From an uncultured Candidatus Saccharibacteria bacterium (GTDB lineage Bacteria; Patescibacteriota; Minisyncoccia; Phycocordibacterales; Phycocordibacteraceae): a DNA stretch of 64,000 nt. Made by a program: the position numbers and the translations under genes. Under the pieces are notes generated by a model, which saw only the letters and a list, made by a program, of their open reading frames with translations, was not told the DNA's origin and ran no database searches. Of the stretch, positions 47,338 through 55,975 are shown one piece after another. The DNA lies in the NCBI GenBank assembly GCA_964593365.1, contig CAZQGQ010000001.1, positions 244,585 through 308,584 of the forward strand. The letters are read 5' to 3'. Position 1 is the stretch's first letter. Each line of letters opens with the position of its first letter.

Positions 47338-48645
47338 ATGAAGAACCTTCGCCCTTTCCAGATCGGTGCCATCGCAATTGCTGTCGTGCTCGCGCTTGGC
47401 GGCCTCTACACCTTCACTACCTTCACCGGTTTTGGAAACGACAAGGAGGCGATCGGCACGGTCACGATTTGGGGAACGCTGCCGCAGGCCGCGCTTGATG
47501 CAGGACTCGATGAGCTCTCGCTCACGAGCAGCGAGAAGTATGCGAACGTCTCCTATATTGAACGACCCGCCGCATCCTTTAGTTCTGACCTTGCAAACGC
47601 AATCGCATCAGGGAGCGGACCTGACCTCATCATCATTTCGCAGGAAGACTTGCTTACCGAGCGAGGGAAGCTGAACGTCATTCCTTTTGATTCGATCCCG
47701 CAGCGCACCTATACCAGCGCCTTTCTTCCGATTTTCCAGCTCTATCTGACCGAAGAGGGAACCTACGGCGTTCCGCTTGTCGTTGACCCGCTTGTCCTCT
47801 ATTACAACCGCGCGATCCTTTCTTCAGTCGGAGTGACGCGTGCTCCGTCTACCTGGGATGCCGTCTCAGGCCTTGCTATGGGTGTCACCGGCCGCGACGA
47901 CCGGGGAACGGTGACGCGAAGCCTCATCTCGCTTGGTGAATACCAAAACGTCTCAAACGCCCGAGCCATCCTCTCGCTTTTGTTCTTGCAGGCAGGCTCC
48001 ACTATTACCGAGCAGCTTCCCGTTGGCGTTCGTTCGACCCTTGTAAACGGAGGAAGCTCGAGCTTTGGTGCAACGCCCGCGCAATCCGCACTAAGCTTCT
48101 ATGCGCAGTTCGCAGATCCGGCTAAGACCGTCTATTCCTGGAACCGCTCGCTCCCTGAGTCCCGGCAAGCATTCTTATCGGGAGACCTGGTCCTTTACCC
48201 AGGCTTTGCTTCCGAAGAGCCGTACCTGACTTCGGCAAACCCGAACCTTTCCTATGACATGGCGCCCATGCCCCAGCCCTCAACAAATCCGGTTCGCATC
48301 GGCTACGGACTTGCATACGCATTTGCGGTCCCAAAAGCTTCTGCAAATCCGCTCGGAGCGCTTGCGCTCTCGCTTGAGCTTACGGCGCCCGCCCCCATGA
48401 CCGTGATAGCAGAGTCAGTTGCCATGGCTCCTGCCAGGCAGAACCTGCTAACGCCTCCTGCAGACAATCTCTACGCTCCGATTTACTTCAGCGAAGCCTT
48501 GATTGCCACAGGATGGTTATCCCCTGCGCCCTATGTCACGGACGCCGTCTTCTCCGCTATGATTAGCGACATAATCACCGGACGATTGGATGCTGAAGGA
48601 GCAGTCCAGAAAGGTGATCAATCCTTGAATGCCGTACTTCGCTAA
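47338..48645 (+). CDS. Extracellular solute-binding protein (family 1-like), membrane anchored
   Basis: N-terminal TM, TIWG, A.G.GPD, YGVP..D.L.LYYN, F..G, AP.PQ. Confidence 0.8.
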   Translation: MKNLRPFQIGAIAIAVVLALGGLYTFTTFTGFGNDKEAIGTVTIWGTLPQAALDAGLDELSLTSSEKYANVSYIERPAASFSSDLANAIASGSGPDLIIISQEDLLTERGKLNVIPFDSIPQRTYTSAFLPIFQLYLTEEGTYGVPLVVDPLVLYYNRAILSSVGVTRAPSTWDAVSGLAMGVTGRDDRGTVTRSLISLGEYQNVSNARAILSLLFLQAGSTITEQLPVGVRSTLVNGGSSSFGATPAQSALSFYAQFADPAKTVYSWNRSLPESRQAFLSGDLVLYPGFASEEPYLTSANPNLSYDMAPMPQPSTNPVRIGYGLAYAFAVPKASANPLGALALSLELTAPAPMTVIAESVAMAPARQNLLTPPADNLYAPIYFSEALIATGWLSPAPYVTDAVFSAMISDIITGRLDAEGAVQKGDQSLNAVLR

Positions 48646-48649
48646 GACT

Positions 48650-49357
48650 ATGATCTCTCCCCGACACCTCTTCGTCTCTCTTCTTCTTGGCGTTTCTTTG
48701 CTGCTTCCGTTTGGGGCAGCAGCGCAGTATCCAAACTGCAACCCGATGACTTCAACCCCCTGCAACATGCCGGAGGGTCAGGCAGACTTCTGCGCGACCG
48801 CTAGCACGGTGAGCGATCAGAAGATGGCCTGCGAAAACATTGGCGGGGGACAGGTACTAACCTCCGCAGCGTCTACCGCAGGCGGCATGAGCTGTGCTGC
48901 GAACCGAACCCCCTGCCAAGTCGATGGCACGAACTTCTGCGCGAACGGCGGGGCATCGGCATGTAATGCGGCGAACGGCGAAGTCATCACGAGCGCTAAT
49001 CCAAACCCCGATCCGGCTCCTACTCCAGGCACCCCTACCGATGATGCGACCACAACATCTACTTCAACTGATGCAGGATCGACAGCGGTCGGAGGCGGAA
49101 CGCTCCTCAATCCACTTGGCGTCGATTCGCTTGAAGACCTTCTGACTGCCGTGCTTGGAGCGGTAGTGCAGATCGGTTCTATCTTCCTCGTCTTGGCACT
49201 CGTCTGGGTCGGCTTCCTCTTCGTCTTTGCGCAAGGGAACGAGGAGAAGATCAAGACCGCACGTCAGGCCCTCTTCTGGACCATCATCGGCGGCTTGGTA
49301 CTTCTTGGCGCGCAGGCGATCTCGATGGTAATCCAGGCAACCGCTGAAGCGCTATGA
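48650..49357 (+). CDS. VirB2/TrbC-like pilin with N-terminal Cys-rich domain
   Basis: Signal peptide, Cys-rich duplicated module, Pro/Thr linker, LNPL...GF.FVFAQGNEEKIKTARQALFWTIIG. Confidence 0.75.
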   Translation: MISPRHLFVSLLLGVSLLLPFGAAAQYPNCNPMTSTPCNMPEGQADFCATASTVSDQKMACENIGGGQVLTSAASTAGGMSCAANRTPCQVDGTNFCANGGASACNAANGEVITSANPNPDPAPTPGTPTDDATTTSTSTDAGSTAVGGGTLLNPLGVDSLEDLLTAVLGAVVQIGSIFLVLALVWVGFLFVFAQGNEEKIKTARQALFWTIIGGLVLLGAQAISMVIQATAEAL

Positions 49358-49602
49358 CCTTCAAGCAATTCGTCGAAGGGACCATTGTGCAGGCAGTGGA
49401 TTCATCTATCATTCCGCTCATGTATGCGCTTGCGTTCTTGTTCTTCATTTATGGCGTAGCCCAGACGATGTTCTCGTATAACGAAGAGAAGCGTCAGGAA
49501 GGGAAGAAGTTCGCGCTCTGGGGCATCATCGGGCTCGTGGTCCTCTTTAGCGTCTGGGGAGTCGTGAAGCTCTTTTTGACCGTGCTTACGAACGGTTTAT
49601 AA
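49354..49602 (+). CDS. VirB2/TrbC-like pilin
   Basis: FFIYGV...NEEKRQEGKKFALWGIIGLVV.FSVWGVV. Confidence 0.75.
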   Translation: MTFKQFVEGTIVQAVDSSIIPLMYALAFLFFIYGVAQTMFSYNEEKRQEGKKFALWGIIGLVVLFSVWGVVKLFLTVLTNGL

Positions 49603-49641
49603 CCGGTTTGCGAAGCATCTACTCACTGATACCTTATACCC

Positions 49642-50163
49642 ATGGACATCTTCCAATTCATGCTGCACCTGACGGTCTTCATCGACCGCTTCCTGATTCC
49701 ATTTATATTCGCAATAGCGTTCCTCGTGTTTGTCTGGGGCGTCTACATGTATTTCATCCAGGGCGGGGGAAACGACGAGAAGCGCAAAGAGGGCCGCACC
49801 TTCATCCTTTACGGCATCGGAGGGTTCGTCATCATGATCGCCATCTGGGGCATCGTGAACGTGCTTATCAGCTCGCTTGGCTTTGATACGAAAGGACGTC
49901 CGCCTCTTCCGTCCTTCGGAACGCCGACAGGGACAGTAAACAGCGCCACTACCACTAATAACAATGTGTTTAATACCGGTAACGGAGTCGCAGATTGTCG
50001 CGTAGCTCCTAATCAGTGCTATTCGGGCTATACCTGTACGGCATCGTCCGGATATACGCTTTGCGAGCCGGTCGTCACCGGAGGAGGTAATCAGACCACC
50101 TGTACACCTGAATGTACTAACGGGACGACCTGTGTTGCTGGCACTTGTCAGTCGAGCATCTAG
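49642..50163 (+). CDS. VirB2/TrbC-like pilin with C-terminal Cys-rich domain
   Basis: FVWGV..YFI.GGGNDEKRKEGR..ILYGI; eight Cys in the tail. Confidence 0.75.
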   Translation: MDIFQFMLHLTVFIDRFLIPFIFAIAFLVFVWGVYMYFIQGGGNDEKRKEGRTFILYGIGGFVIMIAIWGIVNVLISSLGFDTKGRPPLPSFGTPTGTVNSATTTNNNVFNTGNGVADCRVAPNQCYSGYTCTASSGYTLCEPVVTGGGNQTTCTPECTNGTTCVAGTCQSSI

Positions 50164-50254
50164 TTAGTTTGTTTTCCACACTGCACCCTGCAGTCTATTG
50201 ACGCCCTAAACTGGCGGTCTATGCTGTAGGCATACCTTACCCATATAATCTCTC

Positions 50255-50605
50255 ATGAAAAAACTCGCTATTCTCGTCGCTACGTGGACCCTCCCGATTG
50301 TTGCGCTTGCGCAGGTCCGGGACGTCTTTCAGGCTGCTACGCTCATCACCCAGATCATTAACGGCGTTCTCGTTCCGCTCGTGTTCGCGATCGCCTTTAT
50401 CGTCTTCATCTGGGGCGTTTTCACGTACTTCATCCTTTCGGGAGGAAATGCTGAGAAGCGCGAAGAGGGACAGAAACTCATGCTCTACGGCATCGTTGGT
50501 TTCTTCGTGATGGTCGCTGTGTGGGGACTCGTTAACATCCTCCTCGGTACCTTCCAGTTGAACAACAACATCCCGAGCCTTCCTGGCGCTCCAGGACCTC
50601 GATAA
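50255..50605 (+). CDS. VirB2/TrbC-like pilin (candidate major subunit)
   Basis: Signal peptide ending VALA-Q, FIWGVFTYFI..G.AEKREEGQKLMLYGIVG; own TTGACG/TATGCT promoter and terminator. Confidence 0.8.
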   Translation: MKKLAILVATWTLPIVALAQVRDVFQAATLITQIINGVLVPLVFAIAFIVFIWGVFTYFILSGGNAEKREEGQKLMLYGIVGFFVMVAVWGLVNILLGTFQLNNNIPSLPGAPGPR

Positions 50606-50619
50606 CTCACAGGAGTTTA

Positions 50620-50647
50620 GAAAAGACCCGGGCAACCGGGTCTTTTT
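50620..50647 (+). terminator. Intrinsic terminator
   Basis: AAAGACCCGG-GCAA-CCGGGTCTTTTT. Confidence 0.85.
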
Positions 50648-50664
50648 CGTTATAGAATGCAGAT

Positions 50665-50901
50665 ATGACTTTCGGCGGACTCTTCTCCATGCTCGTGTAC
50701 CAAGGACTTATCCCGCTCGCCTTCACGATCCTCTTCATCACCTTCCTGTGGGGCCTCTTCACCTTTGTCGTTGCAGGAGGACCAGATGAGGAAGCGAAGG
50801 AGAAAGGGAAGGCGCTTCTCTTCTACGCCCTCCTTGGGTTTCTCGCTCTCATCGTCTTTTGGGGAGTCGCTAACATAGTGCGCGACCTGTTCTCCGCCTA
50901 A
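50665..50901 (+). CDS. VirB2/TrbC-like pilin
   Basis: FLWGLFTFVVAGG.DEEAKEKGKALLFYALLG..FWGV. Confidence 0.72.
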   Translation: MTFGGLFSMLVYQGLIPLAFTILFITFLWGLFTFVVAGGPDEEAKEKGKALLFYALLGFLALIVFWGVANIVRDLFSA

Positions 50902-50923
50902 CGCTTCGGTATATACTTCACGT

Positions 50924-51178
50924 ATGGAACCCTTCAATCAATTCATCGTAACGGTCCAAGAGCAGATTCTTTCACCGCTTCTGACCCTGATCGCACTTGC
51001 AGCCTTCGTCGTCTTTGTCTGGGGCGTCGTTGACTTCATCCGTGGCGCAGATAACGAGGAGCGTCGCAAATCAGGGCAGCAACACATGATCTGGGGCATT
51101 ATCGGCCTCGTGATCATCTTTGGCGCAAACGCCATCATCACCATGCTGCAGGCGACGCTGACAAACACATTCAACTAA
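50924..51178 (+). CDS. VirB2/TrbC-like pilin
   Basis: FVWGVVDFIRGADNEERRKSGQQHMIWGIIGL. Confidence 0.75.
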   Translation: MEPFNQFIVTVQEQILSPLLTLIALAAFVVFVWGVVDFIRGADNEERRKSGQQHMIWGIIGLVIIFGANAIITMLQATLTNTFN

Positions 51179-51183
51179 GAGGG

Positions 51184-51265
51184 TGCTGGAGAGAGGACTC
51201 GAACCTCCATGGGTTGCCCCGCTACGTCCTAAGCGTAGTGCGTATACCAATTCCGCCACTCCAGC
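51184..51265 (-). tRNA. tRNA-Leu (TAG)
   Basis: GCTGGAG/CTCCAGC acceptor; CTACG-CTTAGGA-CGTAG; variable arm. Confidence 0.94.
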
Positions 51266-51329
51266 GTTCGTACACAATACCTGCGAAGCCCTTTCATATC
51301 AAATTATTTCTTGTTAAGATGCTCGCTAT

Positions 51330-51405
51330 CCGCCTATAGCTCAGCTGGTAGAGCAGATCCCTCTTAAGGATAAGGTCCCTGGTTCGAGCCCAGGTAGGCG
51401 GACCA
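51330..51405 (+). tRNA. tRNA-Lys (CTT), CCA encoded
   Basis: CCGCCTA/TAGGCGG acceptor; loop CTCTTAA. Confidence 0.93.
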
Positions 51406-51480
51406 CGATAGAAAAAGCAGAGCCCATGCGAAGATCGTTTCGCATGGGACTCGCTGTAGTGTAGTTCGGACGATGTAGTC

Positions 51481-51807
51481 TTACACCGCCTGTGACTCGT
51501 AGAGCCACCGTGCCAGGTTTGGAAGATAGGTCCTGACAGCGTGGTCGCAGATGGAGAAGATCCGTTCAGAGTCCGCTTCAAGATTGCTGAGGCTGCTCGC
51601 GTCTTCCACCGGGACTCCCCGATGCAGATGCACGCCCTCGTACCCGTCCCCGCAGGCCGTGCTGAGCACGAATCCCTTAGGAACAAGTAACAATCCTTGG
51701 CAGGACAGCGCCAAACGATTCTTTCCAGGTAGCTGCGGCCGTACGACAGTGTAGAAATAGTCGCCGACTTCGATCGTGTTTCCGGTCTCGCTGCAGATAA
51801 GCGACAT
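51481..51807 (-). CDS. Orphan hypothetical protein within the tRNA cluster
   Basis: MSLICSETGNTIEVGDYFY...; AGAGGGG SD-like sequence; downstream hairpin at about 51420-51452. Confidence 0.5.
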   Translation of the reverse strand: MSLICSETGNTIEVGDYFYTVVRPQLPGKNRLALSCQGLLLVPKGFVLSTACGDGYEGVHLHRGVPVEDASSLSNLEADSERIFSICDHAVRTYLPNLARWLYESQAV

Positions 51808-51899
51808 AACCGTTACCCCTCTGTTCATTCCAACCAAGCAGGGGCGCTTGGGGTAGCCCCATATGACCACGCCGGAGAAAAGAAATCAAAACTTATCAG

Positions 51900-51985
51900 T
51901 GCCGGGGGTGGGAATCGAACCCACATGAGCGGTTAAGCTCTGGGGATTTTAAGTCCCCTATGTCTACCAGTTTCATCACCCCGGC
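51900..51985 (-). tRNA. tRNA-Leu (TAA)
   Basis: GCCGGGG/CCCCGGC acceptor; GGGGA-CTTAAAA-TCCCC. Confidence 0.94.
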
Positions 51986-51995
51986 AGTGCACTTG

Positions 51996-52067
51996 AGGCC
52001 CGAGCGGGAATCGCACCCGCGCATCGAGGATTTGCAGTCCCCTGCGTTACTACTTCGCCATCGGGCC
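51996..52067 (-). tRNA. tRNA-Cys (GCA)
   Basis: GGCCCGA/TCGGGCC acceptor, U discriminator, loop CTGCAAA; T loop reads TGCGATT. Confidence 0.9.
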
Positions 52068-52091
52068 AATACGCTAAGAATAGTAGCGCGT

Positions 52092-52415
52092 CTAGACCTC
52101 TTTCGAAAGTTCGTCCATGCGCCTTCTATTGGCCTCTCCTATGTCATGCATAAAGGTAATGCGAGGCAGGAATCCAAACCTGGCTTCTTTCTTTAAGTAG
52201 TCTTTGAAGGAGTTTTTATGACGGTTCAGGAACTCCATTGCATGATCAACTTCGTGGTCAGGGAATACGCTCACGTAGATGAGTGCGTTCTTGCCGGCTT
52301 TCCCGACTTCCGCTCGCGTTACCGTGATAAGGGTTGAACGGCCCGCCTCGCGCGCTATATAGGCTCCAGCGAGGTGGACGAGACGAGATGCTGCCTTGTC
52401 GTCCTTCGTGGTCAT
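52092..52415 (-). CDS. rbfA: Ribosome-binding factor A
   Basis: LITVTR, A.IYVSV, P.ITF..D; follows infB. Confidence 0.85.
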   Translation of the reverse strand: MTTKDDKAASRLVHLAGAYIAREAGRSTLITVTRAEVGKAGKNALIYVSVFPDHEVDHAMEFLNRHKNSFKDYLKKEARFGFLPRITFMHDIGEANRRRMDELSKEV

Positions 52416-53890
52416 GATTCAACGACGCGGAAGGTGACTAACTCGTCTCCCGGAGCGATCTCTGTTCGTGCCTCCACTTGGAGTCCGAACTCTCCTTCCA
52501 CATGGATTTCTTTGACGTCGGTACGGGCGACCTGCAGGTTGGTGATCTTGCCGCGACCAAGCTCGATGGTGCGTCGCACGATCTTTACCTGATCTCCGAG
52601 AGTGAGTGCGCCCGTTAGGTAACGTGCGCCAAGCACCTGCTTCACGCCGCTGACGCTAAAGGTGCGTAGGACCTTCGCTTCGCCTAAGGTCTCTTCGAGC
52701 TTCACTCGTGGTGCGCGTTCGGTAAGAAGTTCTTCTGCGCGCTTTTGGAGTTCGTAAATGATAGTGAAGGATTCGATTGGGACACCCGCGCGCTCAGCGA
52801 GGTCTCTGGCTGCAGGCTCGACGTTCGTATGGAACGCAAGGATGATGCCGCCTGCCGTTTGCGCGGTCTTCACATCGCTCTCGCCAACGGCTCCGACGCC
52901 CGTCTGGATGATACGGATCGCAATGCGCTCATGGGAGAGTTTGCCCAGAAGCCCTTCAATAGCTTCGAGACTGCCCGTTACGTCTGCCTTCAGGAGAATG
53001 GGAAGGGACAGGACTCCATCGCTTGTTTCGCGAGGATTAGCGACATTACTCTTGCCAGTCTTTGCTTCTGTTATCCTCTTCTCGGCCTCTTTTTTAGAGT
53101 CTACCGTTTCAAACAACGTGCCTGCCTGCGGAAGATCCGTCCAGCCTGAGATAGCGACAGGCATTGAAGGGCCAGCCTCAGAAACGCGCTTTCCCTGGAA
53201 GTCCTCGATAAAGCGGATAGGCGCGTACGCTTCTCCTGCGAGCGTGAACGCTCCGGCCTCCAAGGTGCCGTTCTTTACGATGAGCGTCGCTGAGATGCCG
53301 CGCTTAGGATCCTTGGATGACTCAAGCACAAAGCCCTGAGCGGGTGCCTTAGCGTCGCCAGTAAGCTCAGCGAGGTCAGCGGTCAACAGCACGAGGTCCA
53401 GGAGCTCAGGGATGCCTTCGCCTGACTTTGAGGATACGGGTGCAAAGGGGATGGAGCCTCCGAGTCCCTCGAGATAAATACCCTCTTCGATCGTCGAGAT
53501 CTTTGCTCGCTCCACATCTGCGCCGTTCTTGTCGGTTTTGGTAAACGCGACGACAAAGGGAACTCCTGCTGCGGTGATCTCTTCGAAGGCTTCCTTGGTC
53601 TGGGGCTTCACGCCTTCGTCTGCCGCTATGACGAGAATGGCAACGTCTGCTGCAGCTGCTCCGCGTGCGCGAAGAGCCTTGAAGGCTTCGTGGCCTGGAG
53701 TATCAAGAAAGGTAATGAGGCGCTTCTTTCCTTCGTGCTCGTGTTCGGCGACATACGCGCTCACATGCTGGGTAATACCGCCCGCTTCACCTGCGGTGAC
53801 ATTGGTCTTACGGATGTAATCCAACAGAGAGGATTTTCCGTGGTCGATGTGGCCCATGACGGCGACGATGGGTGGGCGAGGTTCTGCCAT
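52412..53890 (-). CDS. infB: Translation initiation factor IF-2 (no N-terminal domain)
   Basis: [46 protein letters not shown]. Confidence 0.96.
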   Translation of the reverse strand: MAEPRPPIVAVMGHIDHGKSSLLDYIRKTNVTAGEAGGITQHVSAYVAEHEHEGKKRLITFLDTPGHEAFKALRARGAAAADVAILVIAADEGVKPQTKEAFEEITAAGVPFVVAFTKTDKNGADVERAKISTIEEGIYLEGLGGSIPFAPVSSKSGEGIPELLDLVLLTADLAELTGDAKAPAQGFVLESSKDPKRGISATLIVKNGTLEAGAFTLAGEAYAPIRFIEDFQGKRVSEAGPSMPVAISGWTDLPQAGTLFETVDSKKEAEKRITEAKTGKSNVANPRETSDGVLSLPILLKADVTGSLEAIEGLLGKLSHERIAIRIIQTGVGAVGESDVKTAQTAGGIILAFHTNVEPAARDLAERAGVPIESFTIIYELQKRAEELLTERAPRVKLEETLGEAKVLRTFSVSGVKQVLGARYLTGALTLGDQVKIVRRTIELGRGKITNLQVARTDVKEIHVEGEFGLQVEARTEIAPGDELVTFRVVES

Positions 53891-53952
53891 AGTAGAGTGA
53901 GTAGACCACAGCCCTTCCCGTAAATCAATCGGTCGTATACTTTAGAAACCAC

Positions 53953-55110
53953 ATGATAGGCCTATCTACGCGCGTATATCTTGATGCTGCCGCCGCGCAT
54001 CCAGTGACAGAAAAAGCAAAGCGTGCCTTTCTGAAGGCTCTCCACATCTACGGAAACCCGTCAGCAGCCCATGAAGAGGGGCGTGCGGCAAAAGCCATTC
54101 TCGAAGAAGCTCGCACCCGTATCGCGAGGCAGGTAGGTGCTAAGCCAGAGGCCCTCATCTTCACCGCTAACGCAACCGAAGCGAATGCCATCGCCGTTCG
54201 GGGAGCCGTCAAAGCGAAACAGCAATCAGGAGTAGCGCTTACAGACATTCATCTGCTCTACCTTTCGGCAGCTCATGCCTCAGTTGCAAAGACCATGGAA
54301 GCGCTGAAAAGTGAGGGTGCACGCGTCGATCAGATTCCGTTACAGAACGGGGAAGTCGATCTCCAAGCGCTCGCTGCTTTGATTGGCCCAGAGACACTTC
54401 TCATCTCGATCGAAGCGGTATCGTCTGAGACGGGCGCTCGCGTTGATGGGAGAGCACTGAAACGGATTCTTCCCTCAAACGTTATCTTGCATGTGGACGC
54501 AAGTCAGGCGCCATTAGTCGAGCCTATTGACCGAACGCGCTTCGGGGCTGATCTAATGACTCTCGATGCCTCAAAGATAGGCGGCGTTCGTGGCATTGGG
54601 GTGCTCGTCACGCACGCACGGGTTGCGCTCGTTTCCGTACTAGAGGGAGGAGGGCAGGAGCGTTCGCTTCGTTCTGGTACCGAGTCCCCTGCGCTAGCTC
54701 TCGCGTTTGCAACGGCGCTCGAGGAGGCCGCCGCCTCGCGAGAGACGTTTGTCACGCGCTCCCAAAAGCTCCGAAGCGCATTGATCGCGCGTATTCGAAA
54801 AGAAATCCCCGATGCGCTTCTAAACGAAGGAGCGGATAACGCGCCACACATTGTGAACCTGTCGTTTCTGGGGCGCGACACCGATTACTTAGTCGCGATT
54901 CTTTCCAAGAAGGGATTCGCTGTCTCGACACGTAGCTCATGCGAGACGGATTCAGAAGAAGGCTCGCGTGCCGTGCTTTCGCAGACCGGGGACGTGGTTC
55001 GCGCCACATCAACGCTCCGGATCTCTTGGAGTTCTTCCATTACGGAAGGGGAATTAGAGCGCTTTTCTCGGGCGCTTGTAGAGGGTGTGCGCTTTTTAGA
55101 CCGGGAATAG
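53953..55110 (+). CDS. Cysteine desulfurase (IscS/NifS-like)
   Basis: YLDAAA, YGNPS, ATEAN, HVDASQ, K.GG, GGGQE..LRSGT, S.RSSC. Confidence 0.88.
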   Translation: MIGLSTRVYLDAAAAHPVTEKAKRAFLKALHIYGNPSAAHEEGRAAKAILEEARTRIARQVGAKPEALIFTANATEANAIAVRGAVKAKQQSGVALTDIHLLYLSAAHASVAKTMEALKSEGARVDQIPLQNGEVDLQALAALIGPETLLISIEAVSSETGARVDGRALKRILPSNVILHVDASQAPLVEPIDRTRFGADLMTLDASKIGGVRGIGVLVTHARVALVSVLEGGGQERSLRSGTESPALALAFATALEEAAASRETFVTRSQKLRSALIARIRKEIPDALLNEGADNAPHIVNLSFLGRDTDYLVAILSKKGFAVSTRSSCETDSEEGSRAVLSQTGDVVRATSTLRISWSSSITEGELERFSRALVEGVRFLDRE

Positions 55111-55132
55111 GGCTGGTGGTATAGTATCTGTC

Positions 55133-55858
55133 ATGGATATCGAAGAACTATCAAAGACCCAGCTTCTTCTCCTCACTATTCTCGTGAGCTTCGTGACTTC
55201 AATTGCAACGGGTGTGCTTACCGTGTCCTTGCTCGACCAGGCGCCTACGACCGTCACGCAGACAGTGAACCGCATTGTCGATCACACCATCGAAACAGTG
55301 ACGACGCAGGTGCCGTCGATTGTCGGGAACCCAGAACCGGACGGGCCAACAACCGAAGAACTGCTGGTGAACTCGGTCGCCGCAACATCTGCACGCAAGG
55401 TCACGATCTATCGCGATAGTTCTAAGCGCGATCTGCTTGGTACGGGAGTGTATCTACCGGCTCAGCGAGCAGTGGTCACCACCGCAACTGGCATGCCGAC
55501 TCGTCCTGTTATCGTCTTTGCAAACGGAGAATCAATTGCCGCGTTTCGTAAGGGAGAGGATGGCAGCCTCTGGGCATTTACCTTCGCTGCTGAAACGGTG
55601 CTCCCCGAGGCTCCAGCAGGGCGCCTCGTTCCTTCTGCAGACTTGAAGCAGGGACAAACGGTTATCGCTCTTACCGCCGAAGGGAGCGCAACCACCGGGA
55701 TCATCTCTAAGATCGATGGCACGACCATCACTACAGACATCCCCCAGGCTCCGGTAGGCGCCGGTGTGGTAAACCTAGCCGGAGATATCGTCGGAGTGAG
55801 CCTGGGAGGCGGAACCTTGATCGGAAGCGATCGTATCGCAGCGCTCATCGCGTCGTAA
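55133..55858 (+). CDS. Membrane-anchored trypsin/HtrA-like protein, apparently non-catalytic
   Basis: N-terminal TM; LGTGV, L..GQTVIAL, TGIIS, G..VNL.G.IVG; no TNxH or GNSGG. Confidence 0.6.
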   Translation: MDIEELSKTQLLLLTILVSFVTSIATGVLTVSLLDQAPTTVTQTVNRIVDHTIETVTTQVPSIVGNPEPDGPTTEELLVNSVAATSARKVTIYRDSSKRDLLGTGVYLPAQRAVVTTATGMPTRPVIVFANGESIAAFRKGEDGSLWAFTFAAETVLPEAPAGRLVPSADLKQGQTVIALTAEGSATTGIISKIDGTTITTDIPQAPVGAGVVNLAGDIVGVSLGGGTLIGSDRIAALIAS

Positions 55859-55975
55859 CAGCAAGGGAATCCGCACGGGTTTCCTTAATGTGATTCTTAA
55901 TTGCGAAAATGGTATCCTAGAGGGGAAGCGTGCGAATAGTCGGCGTACGCGGGGCTTTTCACAAACTCTACCCAT

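Noticed and set aside
50172-50180. DnaA-box-like TTTTCCACA
   Set aside because: Single mismatched box with no cluster or adjacent dnaA.
55860-55975. CIRCE or CtsR heat-shock operators upstream of clpB
   Set aside because: No TTAGCACTC-N9-GAGTGCTAA or CtsR heptad repeats seen.
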